DNA from: a virus
Taxonomy: Duplodnaviria; Caudoviricetes
Direction: 5' to 3' (one strand)
DNA: 64,000 bases
IMG/VR virus record: IMGVR_UViG_3300013126_000031
Span: 205 to 64,204 of that record
Every line of letters begins with the position of its first letter. Positions within the stretch are counted from its first letter, which is position 1. The notes below the pieces were generated by a model, which saw nothing but the letters and a program-made list of their open reading frames with translations, ran no database searches and had not been told where the DNA came from. Below are positions 48,292-58,757 of the stretch, in pieces. A program made the translations under genes and the position numbers.

Positions 48292-48728
48292 TATTTGTAT
48301 ATTTTAAATTTGGATTTACCATTTTTATATTTATCAAAATCGGCTCTAAAAGCTTCTAATCTTGGTTCTATGTCATCTGTTTTAACAATCCAAAATTGAG
48401 CACCAGCCTTTACTGCCTTTGCTTGTTCTTCTGGTTCATCACTAGATGAAATAATTCCAATGATAACATGATTACCATATTCAAAATTTATTCTTCTAAC
48501 CAACTCGATACCGTCAAAACTAGACCCAATCATGTTTAAATCTACAAAAACACATTCTGGTCTTTCATCTGTTTTATTCTGCTCATACCATGCTTTAAAC
48601 ATTTTCTCAGCTTCATCTGCTGATGAAACGCTTTGTAGTGAGAGTGTAATATCTAGAAGACTGCAAGCATCTTCAAAAACTAAGTGGAATAAATCTTCAT
48701 CATCCACTAATAAAATTGAATCTATCAT
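48291..48728 (-). CDS. single-domain response regulator
   Basis: LLVDDE, VDLNM..DG, SSS, K. Confidence 0.9.
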   Translation of the reverse strand: MIDSILLVDDEDLFHLVFEDACSLLDITLSLQSVSSADEAEKMFKAWYEQNKTDERPECVFVDLNMIGSSFDGIELVRRINFEYGNHVIIGIISSSDEPEEQAKAVKAGAQFWIVKTDDIEPRLEAFRADFDKYKNGKSKFKIYK

Positions 48729-48730
48729 AA

Positions 48731-50491
48731 CTATTTAATTTTAATTCTAATCTTAGTCCCTTTATCTTTTTCACATGTAATACCAAAACCATGTTCTTTT
48801 AGTATTGCAACACATATGCTTAACCCTAGACCAGTTCCTGGTTCTTTTTGATTCCTTTTTCTGGAATAAGGTTTTGAATAAAGTTCGAATTCTTTTTGTG
48901 ATAACCCTCTACCGTTATCTTGTACAACCAACGTATCTTCATCTTCCATGTAAATATTGATTAGTTTACTATTTGAGTCATTATACTTCAAACCATTTCT
49001 AATTAGATTATCGATTGCTGTACAGAATAATGATTCATTCACTTCATGGTTTGGTAAATCATCTATTTTAACTTGACTTAAATAAGCTGTTGATTTTAAA
49101 AAATTAATTAATTTTTCTCTTAGATTATGATAATCTTTTGATAACACAGCATCTTTTTTAACTAGATTTGTAAATTCATAAACACCTTTGTAAACTTTTT
49201 GTGTGTGTTTCAAACCCTCTTTCAACATTTTTAACGGTGCTTCTAGTTTTAATTTATCTACCAATTCTGGTGTTAATCTTCGTTCTAACGAACTTATACC
49301 TCTTGGGATATATGTGTTTATCCCAGAATGCATATCGTGTCTTAAAATCTTCGCAGCGTGTTCTAAATAAGTATTCTTTTTGTTTATTTCATTTAGTGAT
49401 TCATATAACTCTGTTACATCTTGTCTAATTGACATAAAACCTAATAATTCACCAGTTTCTTGGTCAAAATCAGCTTTAATGTAAGTATCAACATAATATA
49501 GTGTACCATTCTTTCTTTTATTGATAACTAAATCGTGCCAAATCTTTTTTTCAGAAACCGTTTTTTTATACATTTTAGACCAATAGTCTTTTGTTTGTAT
49601 TCCAGAATTAACAATATTGTGGTCTTTACCTATTATTTCTCTTAATGAATAACCACATACTTCTGAGAATTTTTTATTAGCATATGTTATTTTACCATGT
49701 TTATCAGTTTTTGAAATTAAAGCTGTTTCATTTACAAATTCTTCAAATTCGATAAGATTTTGTTCTACTTTTTTATTTTCTTTAACTGAATACATAAATG
49801 CAAAAATAGATGATAACATTTCTGAAAAATTAATCTCAACTTTATGCCATTCTCTTTGTTCTAATGATTCTAAACAAATAACCCCAATAACTTTACCTTT
49901 ATAGATAATTGGAACGTCCAACATAGATTTGATACCCAATGGAATTAAATATGATTCACCAAAACATTTTGTAGATTGATGTGTTAAGGCATCATCTGCA
50001 ATAATTATAGGGTCAACTATCAACGAATTAAAATAAGGTTCGTAATCTTTCTTGTATAACGTAATATCTGTATACCATTTATCTTCTGATTTGATATAAA
50101 GTTGTTCACATTCTATTGCTGTCTTATCTTCATTGTATAACCATATTGAACATCTATCCACACCAGTTGCTAACGTAACTTCTTTAGTTAAATGTTTTGA
50201 CCCTTCAACTACATTACCATCATAAAATAATTGATTGTGTGATTGTTTAATCAATATTTCATTTAAATTTTTAGCGTAATAGTTTAAATTGGTAGACTCT
50301 TTGCTTTTTCTAATGTAGTTTCTTATAAATAAAGTAGATGGTATTGAAAACAATAAAATAGTAACGTAATTAAAAACAGCCACTTCTTTACACATGGGAA
50401 AATAATCTAACATTAATAATGTATGTATTAAAATATAAAACACTATAATTGTTGAGCAAACACCTATGTATATTCTGTTTAATTTTTCCAT
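48731..50491 (-). CDS. sensor histidine kinase (TM-GAF-PAS-HK)
   Basis: RHDM H-box, NLIRNGLKY, DNGRG, GTGLGL. Confidence 0.9.
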   Translation of the reverse strand: MEKLNRIYIGVCSTIIVFYILIHTLLMLDYFPMCKEVAVFNYVTILLFSIPSTLFIRNYIRKSKESTNLNYYAKNLNEILIKQSHNQLFYDGNVVEGSKHLTKEVTLATGVDRCSIWLYNEDKTAIECEQLYIKSEDKWYTDITLYKKDYEPYFNSLIVDPIIIADDALTHQSTKCFGESYLIPLGIKSMLDVPIIYKGKVIGVICLESLEQREWHKVEINFSEMLSSIFAFMYSVKENKKVEQNLIEFEEFVNETALISKTDKHGKITYANKKFSEVCGYSLREIIGKDHNIVNSGIQTKDYWSKMYKKTVSEKKIWHDLVINKRKNGTLYYVDTYIKADFDQETGELLGFMSIRQDVTELYESLNEINKKNTYLEHAAKILRHDMHSGINTYIPRGISSLERRLTPELVDKLKLEAPLKMLKEGLKHTQKVYKGVYEFTNLVKKDAVLSKDYHNLREKLINFLKSTAYLSQVKIDDLPNHEVNESLFCTAIDNLIRNGLKYNDSNSKLINIYMEDEDTLVVQDNGRGLSQKEFELYSKPYSRKRNQKEPGTGLGLSICVAILKEHGFGITCEKDKGTKIRIKIK

Positions 50492-50559
50492 TTATTGTTT
50501 TAACTATAAATATTAAAAAAAAATGAAAAACCCCAGCCGTAGCCAGGGTTTTATTAATT

Positions 50560-51021
50560 TTATTTGGTGAAATATAAATCAGCTTCTGCTTGTCTTCTTA
50601 ATACCAATCCTTTTAACACTTTATTTGAAGCTTTTGTCCACTTCATAAATTCAGCTCTGATTGTTTCGTCATTAGGATTTGCATTAACTTTTTTAAGTAA
50701 CGTACTACTTTTAAGATTATTTGGTCCTAAATTATAACAAAATGATACCAAAGCATCAAATTGATTTTGTGTAATCGTATCAATACAATAAGAGTCAACA
50801 TATTGTTCAAATTTTGATAACATAGATTTTAATAACGCAACACCTTCTTCTTCAGTGATTGCTTTATCATTCATTGTTACTTTTTTACCATCTGGATAAA
50901 ATGTTGCACCATATCCTATAGTACAAATTTTTGCTGGACATAAATAAGGCTTACTTCTAAAACCTTCAAATTTTTTGATTAATTCGATACCTTTGGTACC
51001 AGTTTTTGTAATTTTTCCCAT
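50560..51021 (-). CDS. GH24 lysozyme (endolysin)
   Basis: FEG..Y.C....TIGYG, FDALVSF.YN.G, GLVLRR.AE. Confidence 0.92.
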   Translation of the reverse strand: MGKITKTGTKGIELIKKFEGFRSKPYLCPAKICTIGYGATFYPDGKKVTMNDKAITEEEGVALLKSMLSKFEQYVDSYCIDTITQNQFDALVSFCYNLGPNNLKSSTLLKKVNANPNDETIRAEFMKWTKASNKVLKGLVLRRQAEADLYFTK

Positions 51022-51102
51022 AACTTTTTATTTATAAATATCCAGAATGAAAAAAGGTACCCGTTATGAGTACCTTTTTTATATTTAATTTATTCATTTA
51101 TT

Positions 51103-52971
51103 TTAAAATTCTTCATCACCTTCTTCATACATACCTTCTTCATACATACCTTCTTTATACATACCTTCTTCATACATACCTTCTTCATACATACCTTCTT
51201 CATACATACCTTCTTCTAATTCATTTGCGGCTGGTTCACTTTTCTTTTTGGTTGGTTTTTTAAAATCAGCCATTATCATTGGAACTAAAGTTCTTTCAAG
51301 ATAATTAAAAGCTTTATCATTAATTGAATTTACATCACCTTTTACAACCTCATATCCTTCAGCACCAACATGTATTAACACACCATCAACACCAAATAAT
51401 ACCCCATTCTCATCAAATCTTTGAATATTACCAATTTGTAAAATAGCGTCTTTAATTTTTGGGTTTAAATAAGATGAAAAATTTGTTAGCTTTCTTCCAT
51501 ATTTTGAAGCTTTTAATTTATCATCTTTTAATTCATACCCTATTTTTTGATTCCAAGCAATATCCGCAGCTCTTGCTGCCAAACCAGTTGAGATTTCATC
51601 AATTGTTTCTTCCATCCATGATTCATTCATCGGTTCAAATTTGATACCACCTAAAACAACGCTTTCAGTTACTTCTTCTTTACCTTCAGTTTCTAAATTA
51701 GCTTTAGATTCTTTACCCATGTGGATATGTTTTTTAGCTTCAGCAGCATGAGGAACTTTTATTTCATCCCAGTTACCTTCTTTTGTTTTACCTTTTGCAA
51801 TGTTTTCAGATTCTTCCATTTCAACACCTTCTTCCATTTCAACAGATTCTTTCATTGTTACATGTTTAGTTGCTTCTGGTGCTGATTTTTTTATTTTTTC
51901 AAATTCACCAGTTTTAGGTGTTGGTGCTTCAGTTTTCTTTTCAGTCGGAACCGAACCTTCTACATGTTTTTTAGCTTCTGGTGCATGTTTAACCGCATCG
52001 TCAGCATCACCTTCTTTTGCATCAACTGATTCGATGTCTTCCATTTCCATCAATTGTCTAGTTTTTTTCCAGATATCTGTAAATTTAGCGTTTTCATCTA
52101 ATCTAGATTTACCTTTAACAGTACCCAATGTTTCTTGAGATTTATACCCCATAAGGTGTTTCATCTTTTGCATATCTTCATTAACCAAGTTTTTGTCAGA
52201 TGCCATAAGTACAACAGCTTTACCTTCAGTTAAATTACCTTCCCAACGGATTTTATAGTTTTCAACACCGTCAGTCATTTCAAATACTTTGTTATCTACT
52301 TTGTACGATTCTGGTATCATTTTAAGTGCATTTCCTACACCGTTAAACTCTTTTTTGAATTTAAGTCTTTTCATTGTTTCTTTTATTTGTGGTTTATTGT
52401 TATCATTGTTTTCTGCTAAAGCTGAAAATCTAGCCATTGGTTTTGAACCTTTTGGTAGTGTTTCAATATCCTCACCAAAACTAATAATACCTTTTTCAGC
52501 ATCAATTCTTTTTTTGAATGAAGCTTCAGCGTTTTTAACTAAATTTTTACCGAACTCTGGACCAGTGAATCCTTGTTGGGCTGGAATAACGTTAGCCCAT
52601 TCATTTGAATTACCCATTCTAGCTGAACCTTCAATTGCTTCTTTTGCTCTATCTTTAAATTCTTGGATTGGGTCTCTATCATATTGAATCATCTCTTGAC
52701 CATTCATGATTTCCATTTGGTTATGGAATTCAACTTCTTTATCATTTGAATAATTAAATTTATTCTCAACTTTTGTTGTATCCATACCCTTTTTTAAAGA
52801 TTTTTCATAATCAGCCAAACCTTTATCCATATCTTTAACAGCTTTTTTGTTTTCTTCACCAGATTTCTTTTTAGCAGCATCAGTTACAGTAATACCTGGT
52901 GTTGCTGTTTCTTCTTTGGCTTCGTTAACAAATTTTTGTGTCAAATGTTTTTTTATTATATTTTTATCCAT
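51103..52971 (-). CDS. large acidic probable head/scaffold protein
   Basis: repeated APEAKKH and xxE motifs, C-terminal EEGMY repeats. Confidence 0.7.
   Translation of the reverse strand: MDKNIIKKHLTQKFVNEAKEETATPGITVTDAAKKKSGEENKKAVKDMDKGLADYEKSLKKGMDTTKVENKFNYSNDKEVEFHNQMEIMNGQEMIQYDRDPIQEFKDRAKEAIEGSARMGNSNEWANVIPAQQGFTGPEFGKNLVKNAEASFKKRIDAEKGIISFGEDIETLPKGSKPMARFSALAENNDNNKPQIKETMKRLKFKKEFNGVGNALKMIPESYKVDNKVFEMTDGVENYKIRWEGNLTEGKAVVLMASDKNLVNEDMQKMKHLMGYKSQETLGTVKGKSRLDENAKFTDIWKKTRQLMEMEDIESVDAKEGDADDAVKHAPEAKKHVEGSVPTEKKTEAPTPKTGEFEKIKKSAPEATKHVTMKESVEMEEGVEMEESENIAKGKTKEGNWDEIKVPHAAEAKKHIHMGKESKANLETEGKEEVTESVVLGGIKFEPMNESWMEETIDEISTGLAARAADIAWNQKIGYELKDDKLKASKYGRKLTNFSSYLNPKIKDAILQIGNIQRFDENGVLFGVDGVLIHVGAEGYEVVKGDVNSINDKAFNYLERTLVPMIMADFKKPTKKKSEPAANELEEGMYEEGMYEEGMYEEGMYKEGMYEEGMYEEGDEEF
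51118..51216 (-). repeat. 15-bp tandem repeat x6.6 (EEGMY)
   Basis: accttcttcatacat units with one substitution. Confidence 0.95.
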
Positions 52972-53016
52972 TTTAATCGATTTAATTATAAATATCTTAG
53001 TTTTTAATAAAGTTTA

Positions 53017-54660
53017 TTACTTATTCTTTTTTGATTCAATTATTCTTTTTACTTCATCTATCGTTTTACCAGTTTGTTTAGCAATAGTTTCATAGATTTT
53101 GTTTTCAGCCAACGAAGGTGCGTTTACGCTTCCCTTAGCTTTTCTTAATTTAACAACACCATCAACTGCACCAGCACTACAACCAGCACCAGCTGGTTTA
53201 TTGTTTAGTTTAGTACAATCATTAAATTCAACAAATGCACCTCCAGCATATTGTGGTGTTTTTTCAGCTTTAGTTTTACCAACATTTTTAAATTCACCAT
53301 TTCTACCTATTGGTAATGCGTTTGCATCGTATTGACCTATTGAACCTTCACCTTGTGTTGTTTCATTTAATTCTTCTTTAAATGTTCTTTTTAAAGGTTC
53401 ACCAAATTTACCAACTGGTGTGTTTAATCTAGCACCAGCACCGCCACCTCCAAAAACACTAGTACCACCACCTATAGCACCAGAAGTGGTTGCTTCATCA
53501 AAAGGTAATCTTGTTTGTGTATAATTAGGGTTTTTTGATTGTGGTAATTCTATTGTTTTACTAGTCACACCTTTAGCACTTGCAGAGTTAGCTGCATCTC
53601 TTTGTGCAAATCTTTCAGCGTCTTGTGCTTGTGACCTAGCTCTAATTGCCGCTAATTTTTGTTTAATCATTTCTTTTTCTTCTGGTGATTTTTCTTCATA
53701 ACCACTAGGTTGTTGTTTGAATGGTTCACCTAATTTAGATTTGATATCAGACATTTCCATTTCGTTAACAGCAGACAATAAAGATGTTAATTTTGTATCT
53801 TTATCATAAAGGCTCAATAATTCATTTTTAAGCGCATCATCTATTTTAACCAATTCAACACCGTTTTCCCAATCTTCCAAACCTTCACCAGCTTCATTTG
53901 CTATCTCGTCAGCATATGCCGCTAGTACTATTGGTTCTTGTGCTTCATTACCTCTCCAATCATAATGGTATTCAAAATCTGGCATACCATCTTCATCTTT
54001 ACCTATAAATTCTTCTTCAGCAAAACCTAAGTCATACGCTATCGAATCCAATTCTTTTTCTGGAACGTTATCATGATAAAAAGCGTATAATGAACCAGAT
54101 TTATCTTTTAATAGTGCAATCTCACCATTTGAAAATAACCCTTCAAAACTTAATTTATTACTATCAATACTTGCTTTAGAATATGATGGGTCTTTTTGAT
54201 TCCATGGAGCATTAGGGTCAGCATCTGCACCCATAGGATAATTATAGTTATCGTATTCAGTTATCTCACCACCAATCATTTTCGATAATTCTTCTTCTAG
54301 TTTTTCTTTAGCTTTTTCAGCTGAACCCAATGATTTAGATATTTCATACTTGCCGTCTTTTTTAATAATCATACCTTTCGATTCTAATGTTTCACATATA
54401 TCATCGTATGTTAAATCATGGTTAGCCCAAAATGGTGAAAAATCTTCACTTTTTCTGTAAAGATATTTAATAAGTTCAACAGTTTCATGTTTTAAATCAG
54501 CGTCTGATTCTCTTATGAACTTTTTAACTTCAGAACCAGAAAAAGCCATCTTAAATGTTTTATCAACTTTTTTACCCATATTAGGTATTGCTGGCATATT
54601 TTCATTTATTAAACTAACAATTTTATTATATTGTTCTTTGGTAATTTTTAATTTTTTCAT
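53017..54660 (-). CDS. probable virion protein
   Basis: MKKLKITKEQY..I...INE N-terminus, many xxE motifs. Confidence 0.65.
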   Translation of the reverse strand: MKKLKITKEQYNKIVSLINENMPAIPNMGKKVDKTFKMAFSGSEVKKFIRESDADLKHETVELIKYLYRKSEDFSPFWANHDLTYDDICETLESKGMIIKKDGKYEISKSLGSAEKAKEKLEEELSKMIGGEITEYDNYNYPMGADADPNAPWNQKDPSYSKASIDSNKLSFEGLFSNGEIALLKDKSGSLYAFYHDNVPEKELDSIAYDLGFAEEEFIGKDEDGMPDFEYHYDWRGNEAQEPIVLAAYADEIANEAGEGLEDWENGVELVKIDDALKNELLSLYDKDTKLTSLLSAVNEMEMSDIKSKLGEPFKQQPSGYEEKSPEEKEMIKQKLAAIRARSQAQDAERFAQRDAANSASAKGVTSKTIELPQSKNPNYTQTRLPFDEATTSGAIGGGTSVFGGGGAGARLNTPVGKFGEPLKRTFKEELNETTQGEGSIGQYDANALPIGRNGEFKNVGKTKAEKTPQYAGGAFVEFNDCTKLNNKPAGAGCSAGAVDGVVKLRKAKGSVNAPSLAENKIYETIAKQTGKTIDEVKRIIESKKNK

Positions 54661-54667
54661 ATTAGTA

Positions 54668-54910
54668 TTAATTATTTTTATTTGACAAGTTATTAACCCA
54701 AGTTGCCCTTTTTATCCAAAGTGTTTTGTAAAGTTGTGTTAATACATTTTTAGTTATATCAACAATTTTATCTTCCAATTCTTTTTCATTTTTAAGTCGG
54801 TCTTTGACAATTTTTTCTATTTTGTTTTTAAACTCAGAAGAATCTAAATAAACTTTTATTTGTTTATTAACATCAGTCTTTGTCATATCCTCATTTAATT
54901 TTTTTTTCAT
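54668..54910 (-). CDS. hypothetical protein
   Basis: ATATTTATA upstream. Confidence 0.65.
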   Translation of the reverse strand: MKKKLNEDMTKTDVNKQIKVYLDSSEFKNKIEKIVKDRLKNEKELEDKIVDITKNVLTQLYKTLWIKRATWVNNLSNKNN

Positions 54911-54993
54911 ATAAGGGCTTTTTTATATATAAATATAATAAATAAACAAAAAAAGCCCTAAGATTAGGGCTTTATTTAATTATTATAGTAATA

Positions 54994-55686
54994 TTATTTA
55001 ATCATGTAATCGCTAGGTGAAATAACTAGTTCACACTCTGAAAATGAACCATCTGAATAATCAAGCGTTCCAAAATCTATTGATTTAATCTGACACCCAG
55101 TCATTATCCAACTTTCATAAACAACACCATTTGGTTCTAAAATTTCAATTTTCATCCCAAAATATTTTTGGTTTAAACCATATTCTAACAATTTTTTGTT
55201 TATTCCATTAGTAAATGCTGATTTAAACTTTAAAATAACATCTTCTATTTCATATTTTTTTATTAAGGTTTTGATTCCTAATATTTTAACATTGTCAAAA
55301 TTTATCCTTGGTCCATTTACACTACTAACATAAAAGGGTTCTATACCTAATTCTTTATCTAATACAACCAAAAATCTATTTTTTCTACCAAATTCTGGTA
55401 AACCAATATGTTTACCAGTTGTTGGTATTTTATGGTTATCACCATGTTTTGTTTTGGAGATAGCGTCTTCATTTTTTACCAACAAAGGATTTTTTTTACC
55501 AGTTAATTCTTCATAGTACGGATTAGGTTCACCAGTGTATGGGTCATACATAGGTATCTCTTTTTTCTTTTGTTCTACATAATCTTTAGGTAAAGGTTTA
55601 GACATAATTGCTTTTGGTGGTTGCACTTTTCGTGTTCTTTGTTTATAATTTTTTTTCTTACTTTGTTGCGGTGTTTGTTCGCTCAT
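54994..55686 (-). CDS. tail-tube (T4 gp19-like) domain protein with N-terminal extension
   Basis: RKNRF...IEILEPNG.VYESW...GC.IKSIDFGTLDY. Confidence 0.6.
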   Translation of the reverse strand: MSEQTPQQSKKKNYKQRTRKVQPPKAIMSKPLPKDYVEQKKKEIPMYDPYTGEPNPYYEELTGKKNPLLVKNEDAISKTKHGDNHKIPTTGKHIGLPEFGRKNRFLVVLDKELGIEPFYVSSVNGPRINFDNVKILGIKTLIKKYEIEDVILKFKSAFTNGINKKLLEYGLNQKYFGMKIEILEPNGVVYESWIMTGCQIKSIDFGTLDYSDGSFSECELVISPSDYMIK

Positions 55687-55690
55687 AAAA

Positions 55691-56254
55691 CTATTCTTTT
55701 ATCTTTATGTTATTTATAACACTAATAGTGTCTTTCATACATTCACTATAAACTTTGGCATTGTAATAAGGTTTAAATTTCAATAAACCCCATAAGTATT
55801 TTTTCTCCCAATCTTTATATAGAAATGTTGTTATATTATCATTAAATTCTTTGTTAGTAAATGATATTGAATCTCTTTTGATATAACCAGAAAAATTATA
55901 ACATTTCTCTTTTAATGTAAAATAACTTTTCTCAGATACACTATCAGTTTTTAATACTGTTGATGTAACTACAGAATCTCTGAACCTATATTTAGTATCA
56001 ACAATATTTGTAATATACTTTGTTTTTATATTCAAAACTTTAGCCAAAGAATCATATTTAGGATATAACTCTTTTAATTCTTTAGCTGTCAATTCTTGTT
56101 GTCTAGATTTATCTGTAATCAATGCAACCATGTTGTTGCTAAATCTTTTTCGCTCTTCTTTTTCGTTTTGATAAAGTTTAAAAATACCAGCTAATGTAGT
56201 GAACAATAATATCACTACCACTACCAACCCGATTAAAATTCTATTTTTTAACAT
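55691..56254 (-). CDS. membrane-anchored coiled-coil protein (spanin-like)
   Basis: N-terminal TM, coiled coil. Confidence 0.55.
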   Translation of the reverse strand: MLKNRILIGLVVVVILLFTTLAGIFKLYQNEKEERKRFSNNMVALITDKSRQQELTAKELKELYPKYDSLAKVLNIKTKYITNIVDTKYRFRDSVVTSTVLKTDSVSEKSYFTLKEKCYNFSGYIKRDSISFTNKEFNDNITTFLYKDWEKKYLWGLLKFKPYYNAKVYSECMKDTISVINNIKIKE

Positions 56255-56265
56255 GTTAATTTTGT

Positions 56266-56802
56266 TTATTTTTTGTCTAATTTTTCATCATAAAGATATT
56301 CACTGGTACCAGTTACATCATCCCTTAGATTATCTAAAAACCCTTGTAATTTTTTGATTATTTCATTTGGTTCATCACCTTCAACATTTTCACTAGATGT
56401 TAATACATCTTTTTTAGATAACGCCATTGTGAAATACAACCCAGAATTTTCATATTGTAAAGCTTCACCAGAAACAACTAAATCTTTGTTTGGTGATACA
56501 TATACACTAGTTACTTCAACGTTTGCTATATCTTCTAGTTTTTTAGATACGTCTTTAACTCTTTGGTCATCTTTTGATAACTCAATGTATGAACTATTTA
56601 ATTTAATCATAGGCTCACGACCATCTGATGGAGATTTAGCTAATTTTTCTTCTGGTTCTGGTAAATCATCACCAGGTACTAATTGTTGTTGAACTGGTGC
56701 AGTTTGTATTTCTTCAACTTCTTTTATTAACGATTTTTGTTGACCTCTCATGATTTGCATCATTTTTTTTGTCATGTCGTGTTCGTTTATGTTTTCTTTC
56801 AT
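56266..56802 (-). CDS. hypothetical protein
   Basis: ORF. Confidence 0.65.
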   Translation of the reverse strand: MKENINEHDMTKKMMQIMRGQQKSLIKEVEEIQTAPVQQQLVPGDDLPEPEEKLAKSPSDGREPMIKLNSSYIELSKDDQRVKDVSKKLEDIANVEVTSVYVSPNKDLVVSGEALQYENSGLYFTMALSKKDVLTSSENVEGDEPNEIIKKLQGFLDNLRDDVTGTSEYLYDEKLDKK

Positions 56803-56806
56803 TTGT

Positions 56807-57415
56807 TTAGTTTTTATTTTCTAGTTTATTTTTAAATTCATCGCAATCCCATGCTGGTGATACATCAAAATAATGTTTACCTATATTGCTTTTATACAAC
56901 ACTCCATTATACTCAGATATATCTTCAATTTTTGTATTATGTCCTATCGCTATTTTTGGAATAAAGAAATCTTCACATAAAGTGTTAACTAATTCAACAC
57001 AAGCATTCATTTGTTCTTGTGTGTAACTAGCCCATTTGTTAAACCCTTTCCATAATTTACCAACGACTATACCATTATAAATATTACCTTTCCAATCATA
57101 AAATCGTTCATCTGGTAAATTTCTAGATAACCAACCCTCATTTTCTAATAAAATAACAATTGATTTGGTATTTTGTTCTAGTGTTGAGAAATATTTGGAT
57201 TGATAACTAGGTTCAAAGTGTTTATAAACAACACCAGCCGCATCTATTGTAAACGCAGATGTTTTGTTATACTTCCCATTATTTCTTTTTTTCCAACCTA
57301 TAACATGTTTCATGTTGCTGTTGTATGTATTACCTATGACTATTTGTTTTTTAATACATTCAATAGGTATATAATGTTTATCTTCTAATCGATAAGTTTG
57401 GTCATCTATAATCAT
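56807..57415 (-). CDS. amidase_2-like protein with degenerate Zn ligands
   Basis: IVIGNT, FTID..G, SIVILLEN.G, YTQEQ, GH, DVSP. Confidence 0.65.
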   Translation of the reverse strand: MIIDDQTYRLEDKHYIPIECIKKQIVIGNTYNSNMKHVIGWKKRNNGKYNKTSAFTIDAAGVVYKHFEPSYQSKYFSTLEQNTKSIVILLENEGWLSRNLPDERFYDWKGNIYNGIVVGKLWKGFNKWASYTQEQMNACVELVNTLCEDFFIPKIAIGHNTKIEDISEYNGVLYKSNIGKHYFDVSPAWDCDEFKNKLENKN

Positions 57416-58701
57416 TATCCACGTCTGAAAAATACTTTGTTATTGTCACCGTTTTTTATTAGTTTATTTGAACCTATTCTTTCAATTGTGTTGCTTGTTT
57501 TTGGTTTAGGTATATCTACCGAAAAACCTCTGCTACCTTCTTTTATTTCTTTAATATCCTCTAAATTAACTTTACCAGTTGGTATTACTGGTTCTCTTTT
57601 AGATTTTTGTTCTATTTCTTCTGGCATAGGTTTTAAATCCCATGGTTCGATTACTTCCTCAACCACATCTTCTTCAATTAAATCTAATGGTGACATTTCG
57701 TCTTCATCATGTTGCTCATCTGGCATTGTTGGTTCCTCTTCTGGAATAAATATCTCTTGTGGTATTGGTAATTCTTCTTTTGCTATTTTTACCTCACCAG
57801 TTTCCTCATTCCATTCATATTCTTTAGCGTTTTCCTTCATTACTTCAACAATCGTTGTTGGTGTTTCAGCAGATGGAGAAAAATCAACTTTAGGTTCTAA
57901 CGGAGTTTGTTTACCTTCTAACTCAAATATTCTGTTAGTTACCAACACCAATGCTATTGCCAATGGGTCAAATACAAATATAAGTAACAATATCAAGTAG
58001 TTAACAACATTCGCCATCGGAATACCAGTCAATTGTGAAATATATTTAAGTGGTCCAACTTCACCAGCAATATCGCTACCAGCTTTTAATTCAATAGCTT
58101 TAACATTATAGGCATTTACTGAATCAGATAATACAATATTTTTAGCATTAAGTGCATCTATTTCAGTGTTTAATGTTTGAATTTGTTTATCAGAACTTTC
58201 AATATCTCTTCTAGCGTTTCTTTGATTTCTATTGTTAGTTGAATTATCTAATCTCGTTTCTTGATTACCTCTAAGATTATTTAATTGGTCAACACGTTTT
58301 GTTTTTGTTTCAATAATTTTTGTATTGTCAGCAATAGTCTTTTCAAATGTTTGCTTTTTAGCTTCTAACACACCTAATTCACCTTCATGTATTTCTAACT
58401 TATTTGCAGTTGATTGATAGGCATTTGACAAGAAACCATAAATACCAACAGATGTTATTATCATAAGAATAGCAACACTTATCGTTAAATAAAATTTTAA
58501 CCCTCTGGCTAATTTATTCCAATAAGTATGTAACGCAGTTGTTGTAACAACCTTACCAATTTCAAGTGCAGATGCCATAACGATAACAGCTGTACTAGCA
58601 CCAGCAAATAATTGACTCAAACCCCATATTGAAAAATATGCAGCACACCCAGCAACTGTTAGTGCTAATATTAACATTATGTAACTAAATTTTAATTTCA
58701 T
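57415..58701 (-). CDS. multi-TM coiled-coil protein
   Basis: three N-terminal TMs, coiled coil, GPLKY, FDPLA. Confidence 0.75.
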   Translation of the reverse strand: MKLKFSYIMLILALTVAGCAAYFSIWGLSQLFAGASTAVIVMASALEIGKVVTTTALHTYWNKLARGLKFYLTISVAILMIITSVGIYGFLSNAYQSTANKLEIHEGELGVLEAKKQTFEKTIADNTKIIETKTKRVDQLNNLRGNQETRLDNSTNNRNQRNARRDIESSDKQIQTLNTEIDALNAKNIVLSDSVNAYNVKAIELKAGSDIAGEVGPLKYISQLTGIPMANVVNYLILLLIFVFDPLAIALVLVTNRIFELEGKQTPLEPKVDFSPSAETPTTIVEVMKENAKEYEWNEETGEVKIAKEELPIPQEIFIPEEEPTMPDEQHDEDEMSPLDLIEEDVVEEVIEPWDLKPMPEEIEQKSKREPVIPTGKVNLEDIKEIKEGSRGFSVDIPKPKTSNTIERIGSNKLIKNGDNNKVFFRRG

Positions 58702-58757
58702 ACTCTTTGTTTTTAAGATAAATATATTTAAACCAAAAAAGGGTTAAAAACCCTTTT

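Noticed and set aside
51118-51216. CRISPR-like array
   Set aside because: Head-to-tail 15-mers with no spacers, in frame within a CDS; no cas genes in the window.
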